This document shows, one piece after another, positions 12,480 through 26,747 of a stretch of 64,000 bases of DNA (its first letter is position 1; each line of letters opens with the position of its first letter). Under the pieces are notes generated by a model that was not told the DNA's origin, did no database searches, and worked only from the letters and a program-made list of their open reading frames with translations. The position numbers were made by a program, and so were the translations under genes. This stretch comes from Heptranchias perlo (lineage: Eukaryota). Location of the stretch: assembly GCF_035084215.1 (NCBI RefSeq), contig NC_090337.1:69874001-69938000 (forward strand). The letters are read 5' to 3'.

Positions 12480-14604
12480 GATGTGGAGTTTGGGTGGTGA
12501 AGGAACAAGATTCGATGTGGAGTTAAGGTGGTGAAGGAACAAGATTCGATGTGGAGTTCGGGTGGTGAAGGAACAAGATTCGATGTGGAGTTCGGGTGGT
12601 GAAGGAACAAGATTCGATGTGGAGTTCGGGTGGTGAAGGAACAAGATTCGATGTGGAGTTAAGGTGGTGAAGGAACGAGATTCAATGTGGAGTTAGGGTG
12701 GTGAAGGAACAAGATTCTTTTTTAAAATTTGTTCATGGGATGTGAGCGTCGCTGGCGAGGCCAGCATTTATTGCCCATCCCTAATTGCCCTTGAGAAGGT
12801 GGTGGTGAGCCGCCTTCTTGAACCGCTGCAGTCCGTGTGGTGAAGGTTCTCCCACAGTGGTGTTAGGAAGGGAGTTCCAGGATTTTGACCCAGCGACGAT
12901 GAAGGAACGGCGATATATTTCCAAGTCGGGATGGTGTGAGACTTGGAGGGGAACGTGCAGGTGAAGGAACAAGATTCGATGTGGAGTTAGGATGGTGAAG
13001 GAACAAGATTCGAAGTGGAGTTAGGGTGGTGAAGGAACAAGATTCGATGTGGAGTTAGGATAGTGAAGGAACAAGATTCAATGTGGAGTTAAGGTGGTGA
13101 AGGAACAAGATTCGAAGTGGAGTTAGGGTGGTGAAGGAACAAGATTCAATGTGGAGTTCGGGTGGTGAAGGAACAAGATTCGATGTGGAGTTAGGGTGGT
13201 GAAGGAAAGAGATTCAACGTGGAGTTAGGATAGTGAAGGAACGAGATTCAATGTGGAGTTAGCATGGTGAAGGAACAAGATTCAATGTGGAGTTCGGGTG
13301 GTGAAGGAACAAGATTCGATGTGGAGTTAAGGTGGTGAAGGAACAAGATTCGATGTGGAGTTAGGGTGGTGAAGGAACAAGATTCGAAGTGGAGTTCGGG
13401 TGGTGACGGAACAAGATTCGATGTGGAGTTAAGGTGGTGAAGGAACAAGATTCGAAGTGGAGTTCGGGTGGTGAAGGAACGAGATTCGATGTGGAGTTCG
13501 GGTGGTGACGGAACAAGATTCGATGTGGAGTTCGGGTGGTGACGGAACAAGATTCGATGTGGAGTTAGGATGGTGAAGGAACAAGATTCGAAGTGGAGTT
13601 AGGGTGGTGAAGGAACAAGATTCAATGTGGAGTTAAGGTGGTGAAGGAACAAGATTCGAAGTGGAGTTAGGGTGGTGAAGGAACAAGATTCAATGTGGAG
13701 TTCGGGTGGTGAAGGAACAAGATTCGATGTGGAGTTAGGGTGGTGAAGGAAAGAGATTCAACGTGGAGTTAGGATAGTGAAGGAACGAGATTCAATGTGG
13801 AGTTAGCATGGTGAAGGAACAAGATTCAATGTGGAGTTCGGGTGGTGAAGGAACAAGATTCGATGTGGAGTTAAGGTGGTGAAGGAACAAGATTCGATGT
13901 GGAGTTAGGGTGGTGAAGGAACAAGATTCGAAGTGGAGTTCGGGTGGTGACGGAACAAGATTCGATGTGGAGTTAAGGTGGTGAAGGAACAAGATTCGAA
14001 GTGGAGTTCGGGTGGTGAAGGAACGAGATTCGATGTGGAGTTCGGGTGGTGACGGAACAAGATTCGATGTGGAGTTCGGGTGGTGACGGAACAAGATTCG
14101 ATGTGGAGTTAAGGTGGTGAAGGAACAAGATTCGATGTGGAGTTAGCATGGTGAAGGAACGAGATTCGATGTGGAGTTAGGATAGTGAAGGAACGAGATT
14201 CGATGTGGAGTTAGGGTGGTGAAGAAACAAGATTCGATGTGGAGTTCGGGTGGTGAAGGAACAAGATTCGAAGTGGAGTTAGGGTGGTGAAGAAACAAGA
14301 TTCAATGTGGAGTTAGGATAGTGAAGGAACGAGATTCGATGTGGAGTTCGGGTGGTGAAGGAACGAGATTCGAAGTGGAGTTAGGGTGGTGAAGAAACAA
14401 GATTCAATGTGGAGTTAGGATAGTGAAGGAACGAGATTCGATGTGGAGTTAGGGTGGTGAAGAAACAAGATTCAATGTGGAGTTAGGATAGTGAAGGAAC
14501 AAGATTCGATGTGGAGTTCGGGTGGTGAAGGAACGAGATTCGAAGTGGAGTTAGGATAGTGAAGGAACAAGATTCAACGTGGAGTTCGGGTGGTGAAGGA
14601 ACAA
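12480..14604. repeat. 34-bp minisatellite, ~55 copies (GTGGAGTTCGGGTGGTGAAGGAACAAGATTCGAT)
   Basis: Period of 34 (e.g. 12551, 12585). Interrupted by a LINE fragment at 12718-12960. No unique spacers. Confidence 0.97.
12718..12960 (-). mobile_element. 3' fragment of a second CR1-group LINE family (family B, A-rich tail) inserted in the 34-bp array
   Basis: Reverse complement of the 3' end at ~46615-46861. Flanked by a 17-bp duplication GTGAAGGAACAAGATTC (12701-12717 and 12961-12977). Confidence 0.9.
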
Positions 14605-15481
14605 TTTTCGATGTCCCATATGGTCATTTCTTATCTCTGATTTTTCTGTTCTGTTCCTTTTGTCAAAAGGAACAGGACATTGTAAACTCAGCGAGCCTGC
14701 ACTCCCTGTGGAATGCCATGTGCCCATGGTGCGTGGGCCGATGATGGGACCATGATGCCCATGCCCTGATTCTTCACGCCACGCTCCCATTGGGAGCAAG
14801 GGGTCGGGCAATTCATCCACAAATTTACAGGCATGGTTTTGTTGAGTCTGACAAAACTGAGCTTTTCTGAGAATCTCAGCACATACATTTCAAAAATAGG
14901 AGCAACAGCACGGAGTGTATTTCTCAGGCAGTAATGATGAGGAGGAGGAGGGCGCAGAAGGTTGGATGGGGAGCCCTTTGTAAAACAATGTCCCCGAGTG
15001 AATGCCCGTGAACTGAATGACTCTGAATGTAGGTCTCTCTCTGCTGGACAGCTGCTTATTTGTCTTCAGTGTTCTGAGTGGGTTTTGTTTGAAAAGGGCC
15101 CCTTTCTCAATCTCAAATGTTTTGCTGAAAATGTGTCAGACAGCTTTTCAGAACGCCTTTACTCTCTGCAGAAAACCAACACTTACCGTTTCTGCTCTTC
15201 CACACACCATTACTACCCACCATTCATAGCTCACACTAATTATAACTCGTTAATTATCTTTCATTCTGTCTCGAAGGAGGGGTAGAATCACCATGTGTTT
15301 TGACTTTCCTGAAAGCTTTGCATTCACAGCACAAATTATTGATCGAACCTCCCCCCAACCCCCACCCCACCCCCATCCCCCCCCCCTCCCCGATTGTAAC
15401 TGCTCATGGCCACCTGCTGTACAATTGGAAATGAGACAGGACAAAACGAAAATGCAAAAATAAAGGAAGGAAGCCCCTGTA

Positions 15482-18400
15482 TATTCCCAACGCACGGCCC
15501 ATCTCAACACACGGCCCATCTCAACGCACGGCGCATTCCCAACGCACGGCGCATTCCCAACGCACGGCGCATTCTCAACGCACGGCGCATTCCCAACGCA
15601 CGGCGCATTCCCAACGCACGGCGCATTCACAACGCACGGCGCATTCCCAACGCACGGCGCATTCCCAACGCACGGCGCATTCTCAACGCACGGCGCATTC
15701 CCAACGCACGGCGCATTCCCAACGCACGGCGCATTCCCAACGCACGGCGCATTCACAACACTCTGCTTATTTCCCAACACACTGCATATTCCCAACACAC
15801 TGCGCATTCCCATAACACGGCACATTCCCAACACACTGCTTATTTCCCAACACACTGCATATTCCCATAACACGGCACATTCCCAACACACTGCTTATTT
15901 CCCAACACACTGCATATTCCCAACACACGGCGCATTCCCAACACACAGCGCATTCCCAACACACTGCATATTCCCAACGCACGGCGCATTCCCAACAGAC
16001 GGCGCATTCCCAACGCACAGCGCATTCCCAACACACTGCATATTCCCAACACACAGCACATTCCCAACACACGGCGCATTCCCAATGCACAGCGCATTCC
16101 CAACACACTGCATATTCCCAACACACTGCTTATTTCCCAACACACTGAATATTCCCAACACACTGCTTATTTCCCAACACACTGCATATTCCCAACACAC
16201 GGCGCATTCCCAACACACAGCGCATTCCCAACACACTGCATATTCCCAACACACGGCACATTCCCAACACACTGCTTATTTCCCAACACATGGCGCATTC
16301 CCAACACACAGCGCATTCCCAACACACTGCATAGTCCCAACTAACAGCATATTCCCAACACACGGCGCATTCCCAACACACAGCGCATTCCCAACACACT
16401 GCATAGTCCCAACTAACAGCATATTCCCAACACACGCCGCATTCCCAACACACGGCGCATTCCCAACACTCTGCTTATTTCCCAACACACTGCATAGTCC
16501 CAACACACAGCACATTCTCAACACACTGCGCATTCCCAACACACTGCGCATTCCCATAACACGGCACATTCCCAACACACTGCATATTCCCAACGCACGG
16601 CGCATTCCCAACACACGGCGCATTCCCAACGCACAGTGCATTCCCAACACACTGCATATTCCCAACACACAGCACATTCCCAACACACGGCGCATTCCCA
16701 ATGCACAGCGCATTCCCAACACACTGCATATTCCCAACACACTGCTTATTTCCCAACACACTGCATATTCCCAACACACTGCATATTCCCAACACACTGC
16801 TTATTTCCCAACACACTGCATATTCCCAACACACGGTGCATTCCCAACACACAGCGCATTCCCAACACACTGCATAGTCCCAACACACAGCACATTCCCA
16901 ACACACTGCGCATTCCCATAACACGGCACATTCCCAACACACTGCATAGTCCCAACACACAGCACATTCCCAACACACAGCGCATTCCCAACACACTGCA
17001 TAGTCCCAACACACGGCACATTCCCAACACACTGCTTATTTCCCAACACATGGCGCATTCCCAACACACGGCGCATTCCCAACACACGGCGCATTCCCAA
17101 CACACTGCTTATTTCCCAACACATGGTGCATTCCCAACACATGGCGCATTCCCAACACACAGCGCATTCCCAACACACTGCTTATTTCCCAACACATGGT
17201 GCATTCCCAACACATGGCGCATTCCCAACACACGGCGCATTCCCAACACACGCCGCATTCCCATAACATGGCGCATTCCCAACACACTGCGCATTCCCAA
17301 CACACGGCGCATTCCCAACACACTGCTTATTTCCCAACACACTGCGCATTCCCAACACACGGCGCATTCCCAACACACAGCGCATTCCCAACACACTGCT
17401 TATTTCCCAACACATGGCGCATTCCCAACACACGGCGCATTCCCAACACACTGCTTATTTCCCAACACATGGCGCATTCCCAACACACTGCTTATTTCCC
17501 AACACACGGCGCATTCCCAACACACTGCTTATTTCCCAACACACAGCACATTCCCAACACACTGCTTATTTCCCAACACACAGCACATTTCCAACACACT
17601 GCTTATTTCCCAACACACGGCGCATTCCCAACACACTGCTTATTTCCCAACACATGGCGCATTCCCAACACACTGCTTATTTCCCAACACACAGCACATT
17701 CCCAACACACTGCTTATTTCCCAACACATGGCGCATTCCCAACACACGGCGCATTCCCAACACACGGCGCATTCCCAACACACTGCTTATTTCCCAACAC
17801 ATGGCGCATTCCCAACACACGGCGCATTCCCAACACACTGCTTATTTCCCAACACATGGCGCATTCCCAACACACTGCTTATTTCCCAACACACAGCACA
17901 TTCCCAACACACTGCTTATTTCCCAACACACGGCGCATTCCCAACACACTGCTTATTTCCCAACACACAGCACATTCCCAACACACTGCTTATTTCCCAA
18001 CACACAGCACATTTCCAACACACTGCTTATTTCCCAACACACGGCGCATTCCCAACACACTGCTTATTTCCCAACACATGGCGCATTCCCAACACACTGC
18101 TTATTTCCCAACACACAGCACATTCCCAACACACTGCTTATTTCCCAACACACGGCGCATTCCCAACACACGGCGCATTCCCAACACACGGCGCATTCCC
18201 AACACACTGCTTATTTCCCAACACACAGCGCATTCCCACAACACGGCACATTCCCACAACACTGCTTATTTCCCAACACACGGCACATTCCCATATCATG
18301 GCACATTCCCAACACACAGTGCATTCCCAATACACAGCGCATTCCCAACACACTGCTTATTTCCCAACACACGGCGCATTCCCATAACACGGCACATCCC

Positions 18401-20304
18401 AACACACAGCGCATTCACAACACACTGCTTATTTCCCAACACACAGTGCATTCCCAACACACGGCGCATTCCCAACACACTGCTTATTTCCCAACACACA
18501 GTGCATTCCCAACACACGGCGCATTCCCAACACACGGCGCATTCCCAACACACGGCGCATTCCCAACACACGGCGCATTCACAACACACTGCTTATTTCC
18601 CAACACACAGTGCATTCCCAATACACAGCGCATTCACAACACACTGCTTATTTCCCAACACACAGTGCATTCCCAACACACGGCGCATTCACAACACACG
18701 GCGCATTCCCAACACACAGTGCATTCCCAACACACGGCGCATTCCCAACACACTGCTTATTTCCCAACACACAGTGCATTCCCAATACACAGCGCATTCA
18801 CAACACACTGCTTATTTCCCAACACACAGTGCATTCCCAACACACGGCGCATTCACAACACACGGCGCAATCCCAGCACACGGCGCATTCCCAACACACT
18901 GCTTATTTCCCAACACACGGCACATTCCCAACACACAGTGCATTCCCAATACACAGCGCATTCACAACACACTGCTTATTTCCCAACACACAGTGCATTC
19001 CCAACACACGGCGCATTCCCAACACACGGCGCATTCCCAGCACACGGCGCATTCCCAACACACGGCGCATTCCCAACACACGGCGCATTCCCAACACATG
19101 GCGCATTCCCAACACACTGCGCATTCCCAACACACTGCATATTCCCAACACACTGCGCATTCTCATAACATGGCACATTCCCATAACATGGCACATTCCC
19201 GACACACTGCGCATTCCCAACACACGGCTCATTCCCATAACACGGCACATTCCCAACACACTGCTTATTTCCCAACACATTGCTTATTTCCCAACACACA
19301 GCACATTCCCATAACATGGCACATTCCCAACACACAGTGCATTCCCAACACACGGCACATTCCCAACACACTTCTTATTTCCCAACACACTTCTTATTTC
19401 CCACAACACAGCACATTCCCAAAACACTGCTTATTTCCCAACACACAGCGCATTCCCATAACACGGCACGTTCCCATAACACAGCACATTCCCAATACAT
19501 GGCTCATTCCCAACACACAGCGCATTCCCATAACACGGCACATTCCCATAACACGGCACATTCCCAATTCACTGTGCATTCCCAACACATAGCGCATCTC
19601 CAACACGCTGTACATTCCCAACACACGGCGCGTTCCCAAAACACGGTGCGTTCCCAACACACGGCACGTTCCCAACACACGACACGTTCCCAACACGCTG
19701 TATATTACCAACACACGGCACGTTCCCAACACGCTGTATATTCCCAACACACGGCACGTTCCCAAAACACGGTGCGTTCCCAACACACGGCACGTTCCCA
19801 ACACACGGCACGTTCCCAACACGCTGTATATTCCCAACACATGGCACGTTCCCAACACACTGTATATTCCCAACACACGGCACGTTCCCAACACGCTGTA
19901 TATTACCAACACACGGCACGTTCCCAACACACGGCACGTTCCCAACACGCTGTATATTCCCAACACATGGCACATTCCCAACACACTGTATATTCCCAAC
20001 ACACGGCACGTTCCCAACACACTGTATATTCCCAACACACGGCACGTTCCCAACACACTGTATATTCCCAACACACGACACGTTCCCAACACGCTGTATA
20101 TTACCAACACACGACACGTTCCCAACACGCTGTATATTCCCAACACACGGCACGTTCCCAACACGCTGTATATTACCAACACACGGCACGTTCCCAACAC
20201 ACGGCACGTTCCCAACACGCTGTATATTACCAACACATGGCACGTTCCCAACACACTGTATATTCCCAACACACGGCACGTTCCCAACACACGGCGTATT
20301 CCCA
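15482..20304. repeat. 18/19-bp minisatellite (CCCAACACACGGCGCATT / CCCAACACACTGCTTATTT), ~260 copies
   Basis: Direct periodicity. Source of the HSQHTA/FPTHGA/CVGNAP repeat ORFs. Confidence 0.97.
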
Positions 20305-23145
20305 TGAGAGAATGAGTGATCATTGATAGAATTTCACATTGAGTTTGAGAGTGATGTAGTTAAGACCGAAACTCGGGTCTTAAATTTAAACAAAGCCAAT
20401 TACAAAGGTATGAGGGGCAAGTTGGCTAAGGTAGATTGGAAAATTAGATTAAAATAAATGACGGTAGATAAGAAATGACAATATTTAAAGAAATAATTCA
20501 TAATTCTCACTGAATATACATTCCCTTGGGGAGTAAAAGCTCCATGGGAAAAGTGGTCCAACCGTGACAAACTAAAGAAGTTAAGGATAGTGTGAGATTA
20601 AAAGAAGTCACCTCCTGACTCCCCAAAGCCTTTCCACCATCTACAAGGCACAAGTCAAGAGTGTGATGGAATACTCTCCACTTGCCTGGATGAGTGCAGC
20701 TCAAACAACACTCAAGAAGCTCGACACCATCCAGGACAAAGCAGCCGCTTGATTGGCACCCCATCCACCACCCTAAACATTCACTCCCTTCACCACCGGC
20801 GCACTGTGGCTGCAGTGTGTACCATCCATAGGATGCATTGCAGCAACTCACCAAGGCTTCTTCGACAGCACCTCCCAAACCCGCGACCTCTACCATCTAG
20901 AAGGACAAGGGCAGCAGGCACATGGGAACAACACCACCTGCACGTTCCCCTTCAAGTCACACACATCCCGACTTGGAAATATATCGCTGTTCCTTCAGCA
21001 TCTCTGAGTCAAAATCCTGGAACTCCCTTCCTAACAGCACTGTGGGAGAACCTTCACCACACGGACTGCAGCGGTTCAAGAAGGTGGCTCACCAAAGAAG
21101 GTGGCTCACCACCACCTTCTCAAGGACAATTAGGGATGGGCAATAAATGCTGGCCTTGCCATGAACGAATACAAAAAAACTTGCAATGTTGCCAAAAAGA
21201 GTAGTGAGCCTGAGGATTGGGAGGGTTTAGAAATCAGCAAAGGATATCCAAGAAATTGATGGAGAGAGAATTGAATATGAGAGTAAATTACTAAAAAATA
21301 TAAAAACAGATTGTAAGAGCTTCTACAAGTATGTAAAAAAGGAAGAGATTGGCAAAAGTAAACGTGGGTCCCTTCGAGGCTGAGACAGGAGAAATTATAA
21401 TGGGGAGTAAGGAAATGGCATAGACATTAAAGAAATATTTTGTATCTGTCTTCACACAAAAAACAAACTGGAAATAATGAAGAACCAAGGGTCTAATGAG
21501 AGTGAGGAACTTATAGCAATTAAGATTAGTAAAGAAAAATACTGGCAAAATTAATAGGATTAAAAGCTGACAAATCCCTTGGACCTGATGACTTACATCC
21601 TAGGGTTTTAAAAGAGGTGGCTGCAGAGATAGTGGATGTATTGGTTTTGATCTTCAGAATTCCCTAGATTCTAGAATGGTCCCCGCGGATTGGAAACTAG
21701 CAAATGTAACCCCATTATTCATGAAAGGAGGGAGAGAGAAAACAGGGAACCATAGACCAGTTAGCCTAACATCAGGAGTAGGGAAAATGCTAGAATCTAT
21801 TATTAGGGACGTGGTAACAGGGCACTTAGAAAATTATAATATGATTAGGCAGGCACGGTTTTATGAAAAGGAATTTGTGTTTGACAAATCTATTGGAGTT
21901 TTTTGAGGGTGTAACTAGCAGGGTAGATAAGGGGAACGAGTGGATGTAGTACATTTGGATTGTCAAAAGGCATTCAGTAAGGTGCCAAATAAAAGGTTAT
22001 TACACAAGATTAGAGGTCATGGGATTGGGGGTAATATATCAGCATGGATTGAGGATTGGTTAATGGACAGAAAACAGAGAGTAGGGATAAACGGGTCATT
22101 TTCAGGTTGGCAGGCTGTAACTAGTGGGGTGCCGCAAGGATCAGTGCTTGGGCCTCAGCTGTTTACAATCTATATCAATGACTTAGATGAGGGGACCGAG
22201 TGTAATGTATCCAAGTTTGCTGACGATACAAAACTAGGTGGGAAAGTCAGCTGTGAGGAGGACGCAGAGACTGCAAAGGGATATAGACAGGTTAAGTGAT
22301 TGGGCAAGAAGGTGGCAGATGGAGTATAATGTGGGGAAATGTGAGGTTATTCACTTTGGTAGGAAGAATAGAAAAACAGAATATTTTTTAAAAGGTGAAA
22401 GACTAGTAAATGTTTGTATTCAGAGGAATTTGGGTGTCCTTGTACACAAATCAGAGAAAGTTAACATGCAGGTACAGCAAGCAATTAGGAAGGCAAATGA
22501 TATGTTAACCTTTATTGCAAGGGAGTTGGAGTATAGGAGTAAGAAAGTCCTGCTGCAATTGTACAGGGCTTTGGTGAGACCACACCTGCAGTACTGTGTA
22601 CAGTTTTGGTCTCCTTACCTAAGGAAGGATATACTTGCCTTAGAGAGGGTGCAATGAAGGTTCATTAGATTGATTCCTGGGATGAGAGGGAAGTTCTATG
22701 AGGAGAGATTGTAGAATGGGTCTATGTTCTCTGGAGTTTAGAAGAATGAGTGGTGTTCTCATTGAAAGGTATAAAATTCTTAGGGGCCTTGACAGGGTAA
22801 GTGCTGAGAAGTTGTTTCACCTGGTTGGAGAGTCTAGGACTAGGGGACATAGTCTCAGGATAAGGGGTCGACCATTTAGGACTGAGATGAGGAAACATTT
22901 CTTCAATCAGAGGGTTGTGAATCTTTAGAATTCTCTACCCCAGAGGGCTGTGGATGCTCAGTCATTGAATATATTCAAAACTGAGATTGATAGATTTTGA
23001 ACACTAGGGGAATGAAGGGAAATGGGGCTCGGGCAGGAAAGTGGAGTTGAGGTAGAAGATCAGCCATGATCTTATCGAGTGGCGGAGCAGGCTCGAGGGG
23101 CCATATGGCCTACTCCTGCTCATATTTCTTATGTTCTGATGTTCT
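20305..23145 (+). mobile_element. CR1 LINE, 5'-truncated, decayed ORF2, inserted in the 18-bp array
   Basis: RT motifs ([31 protein letters not shown]) in frameshifted ORFs, TTCTTATGTTCT tail, candidate TSD TATTCCCA at 20297-20304 and 23146-23153. Confidence 0.93.
20607..21179 (+). mobile_element. Family-B LINE 3' fragment nested in CR1
   Basis: Matches ~46288-46861 (IGTPSTTLNIHSLHHRRTVAAVC...) and ends in GAACGAATACAAAAAAA. CR1 sequence resumes immediately after. Confidence 0.9.
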
Positions 23146-25212
23146 TATTCCCAACACACGCCACGTTCCCAACTCATTGCGCATTCCCAACACACGTCAC
23201 ATTCCCAACATAATCCCAACACACCTCACATTCGCAATGTACTGCGCATTCCTCACAGACAGCACATTCCCAACATAATCCCAACACATGGCACATTTCC
23301 AACACACGTGCATTCCCAACACACGGCATATTCCCAAAACACAGCACACTCGCAACACACGACACATTCCCAACACATTCCTATCCCATGGTGCATTGCC
23401 AACACACAGTACATCCCTGATTCATGGCACATTCCCAACACAATGCACATTCCTAACCCAAAGCACATTCCCAAAACACGGTGCATTCCCAACATATTTC
23501 CAACCCATGACACATTCCCAACACATGGCACATTCCCAAAACATGGCACATTTCCAAAACTCGGTGCATTCCCAACACATTTCCAGCATAAGGTACAATC
23601 CCAACACTGGGCACATTCCCAACACAGGGCACATAACCAAAACACGGCGCATTCCCAACACATTTCCAGCATAGGGCGCATTCCAGCATAAGGTACAATC
23701 CCAACACTGGGCACATTCCCAACACAGGGCACATAACCAAAACACGGCGTATTCCCAACACATTTCCAACACAGGTTGTATTTCCAACACAGGCTGTATT
23801 CCCAACACATGGCACATTTCCAACATAGGGCACATTCCCAAAACACGGCACATTCCCAACATATTGCACATTCCTAACAGGCAGCACATTCCCAACATAA
23901 TCCCAACACATGGCACATTCCCAACATACGGTGCATTCCCAACACATGGCACATTCCCAAAACACGTAACATTACCAACACACTGCGCATTCCTAACAGA
24001 CACCTCATTCCCAACATAATCCCAACACACATTTCCAACACGTGGTGCATTCACAAAAGACAGCACATTCCCAATACAATGCACATTGCTAACAGACAGC
24101 GCATTCCCAACATATGGTGCATTCCCAACACACAGCACATTCCCAACCCAAAGCGCATTCCCAAAGCACGGTGCATTCCCAACACACGGCACATTCCCAA
24201 CACATTCCCAACACATGATACGTTCCCAACACACTGCGCATTCCCAACACATTCCCAACACAGCGCATTCCCTACACATGGCTCATTGCCAACATATTCC
24301 CAACGCATGGCACATTCCTAACATACAGCACATTCCCAACCCAAAGCACAGTGCATCCCCAACACATGGCACATCCCCAACACATGGCACATTCCCAATG
24401 CACGGCACATCCCCAACACATGGCACATTCCCAATGCACGGCACATTTCCAACATACTACTCAGTCTCAACGCATGGCACATTCCCAACGCACGACACAT
24501 TCCCAACACATGGCACATTGCCAACACATTCCCAATGCACGGCACATTTCCAACATACTACTCAGTCTCAACGCACGGCACATTCCCAACACACGGCACA
24601 TTCCCAACACATGGCACATTGCCAACACATTCCCAATGCACGGCGCATTCCTAACATATTCCCATCATACGGCACATTACAAAACACTGCACATTCCCAA
24701 CACATGGCACATTCCCAACACATTCCCGACGCATGGCACATTCCCAACAAACGGCACATTCCCATCATATGGCATATTCCTAATACATTCCCAACATACA
24801 GTGCATTCCCAACACCTGGCACATTCCCAACACATTCCCAACACAAAGCGCACTCCCAACACATGGCACATTCTCAATGCACAGCACATTCCCAACACAT
24901 TCCCAACAAACGACACATTCCCAACGCACAGCACATTCCCAACACATTCTCAACACACGTCATACTCCCAACACATGGCACCTTCCCAAAGTGCATCATG
25001 TAGCCAACACAAAGTACGTTCCCAAAATGGAACATAAAGCGCATTCCCAATACAAAGCAAGTTCCCAACACAGAGCACGATCCTAACACAAAGTGCATTC
25101 CCAATGCATGGTCGTTTCCCAGCATACGGCACATTCCCAGTGCAATTCCCACTTCACCGTGCTTTCCTGACACATTGCAAAGTCCCAACACTCTGTGCAT
25201 TCCCAACACACT
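23146..25212. repeat. Diverged continuation of the 18-bp minisatellite, with 11-bp half-units (CCCAACACATT)
   Basis: Same ATTCCCAACAC core as 15482-20304, but with many more substitutions. Confidence 0.92.
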
Positions 25213-25949
25213 GATCTACTCTTTCCACGATGCCTGAATCTTTCTGTAACTAAGGTGCCAGTTTATATCATTCCGTTTTGCTGGACTGCATCATTCATTC
25301 AGTGGTGAGTTCTTCTGTCCAGGATATCAGACTGTTATTTGAAATTAACAATAGCCCTGAGCGGATAAAACGCATTCTTCTGAAATGAAACTGGAGTTCC
25401 GAGTGCAGTTCAGTAATGTACAAAGAGTAAAGATACTGTCAGAACTTGTTAACCGAATAGCATCTCGAAAGCGAAAAGGCACGACTGCTTTCCTATTTAC
25501 ACTCATTCTATTCATTCCTCTTCACTGAGCCCCTCACACTTGCCAATTCCTATTACTTCAGCAGGCAGACATTTTACTGTGTTTACAGTCCTGTGATAAA
25601 CACGTTTGACATGTCACCAGTTCTTATTAATAGAAGGTGCTTGAACAGTGCTAGAATAGTCACATCGGTACTTTAACTGTAACAACAAGGTGTGCAAAAG
25701 ATATGACGGCAAAAAATAAACTAGTGGCATTCCGAATCCTGAAATCCTGTTGAAGAAACATTGTTATTCTGGAGTAGTGACTTTCGGTGTCTTTTCAACT
25801 GACTTGTCAATAGAGTTGACTCGTGGTACGAAGTTTGGGGCCAGAATAAGGGAATGGGATCGGGGTTCAATTCCTTTGTTACGGATGAAAATTCATTGAA
25901 AACCTCAACAATTAGTGGTCTAAACTCATAAAACCAACAGTGGTAGGTG

Positions 25950-26325
25950 AAAAGGACTTGAGCCTATAATCTAGGCTGACACTTTGGTGCAGTGCTGAAG
26001 GAGTGCTGCTCTGTCTTTCGGATGAGATGTTAAGCAGATGTCTGCCTGCTCGGGTGGACATAAAAGATAGCAAGGCACTTTACCAAGAAGAACAGTGTTC
26101 TCCAGGTGTCCTGGGCAACCATTCAATCAACACCGCCAAAACAGATTAGCTAGTTATTCATCTTGTTTACTGTTTCTGGGATCTTGCTGTGCGTAAATTA
26201 GCTGCTGCGTTTGTCTGCGAAACAAACAGTCATTTCCCTTCCTCAGGTAATTCATTGGCCGTGATGCGCTTTGGAACGTCCTGAGGGCCTGACCAATGCT
26301 ATTTACACACAAGTTCTTTCTTTCA
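25950..26325 (+). mobile_element. Old Deu-domain tRNA-SINE copy
   Basis: Degenerate colinear match to 387-877 (CTAGGCTGACAC, GTCTTTCGGATGAGATGTTAA, GGGATCTTGCTGTGCG). Confidence 0.65.
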
Positions 26326-26368
26326 ATGTCTGGTTTACACTTGGGCAGAGATTACAGGGGGCTGCTGG

Positions 26369-26607
26369 TTACTTTTTGTACCTGTGCACTAGCTTTTAGT
26401 GATTTGTTTACATGGACACCTAAATCCCTTAGCTCCTCCACAGTTCCTAGTCTCTCACCAGTAAGAAAATATTCTGATTTTTCTTTCCTGGATCCAAAGT
26501 AGATGATCTCACATTTCTCCACACTGAACTCCATCTGCCATAGCTTTGCCCACTCACTTAGTCTGTCTATATCTCTTTGTAACTTCTTGCTCCAATCCAC
26601 ACAACTC
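26369..26607 (-). repeat. 239-bp inverted duplicate of CR1 segment 27104-27342
   Basis: The reverse complement matches 27104-27342 at 238/239 positions by manual comparison. ORFs 26352..26735(-) and 27039..27404(+) share an identical peptide. Confidence 0.93.
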
Positions 26608-26747
26608 TTCAGAGCATCTTCAAGGGAGGAGAGGACAAAATCGGAATGAGAATGTGCAAAGGAAAAACCTGTTTGAAATTTACCCTCCGATAATTTGAAA
26701 TATTGACATTGTTGCCACAATTTCTTGATGAACAATTATAGATTATG

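Noticed and set aside
12480-14604. 34-bp repeats as a CRISPR array
   Set aside because: The repeats are head-to-tail with no unique spacers, there are no cas genes, and the context is vertebrate intron.
15250-25209. Dozens of His/Thr- or Cys/Val-rich ORFs (up to 798 aa)
   Set aside because: These are translations of the 18/19-bp minisatellite in all six frames.
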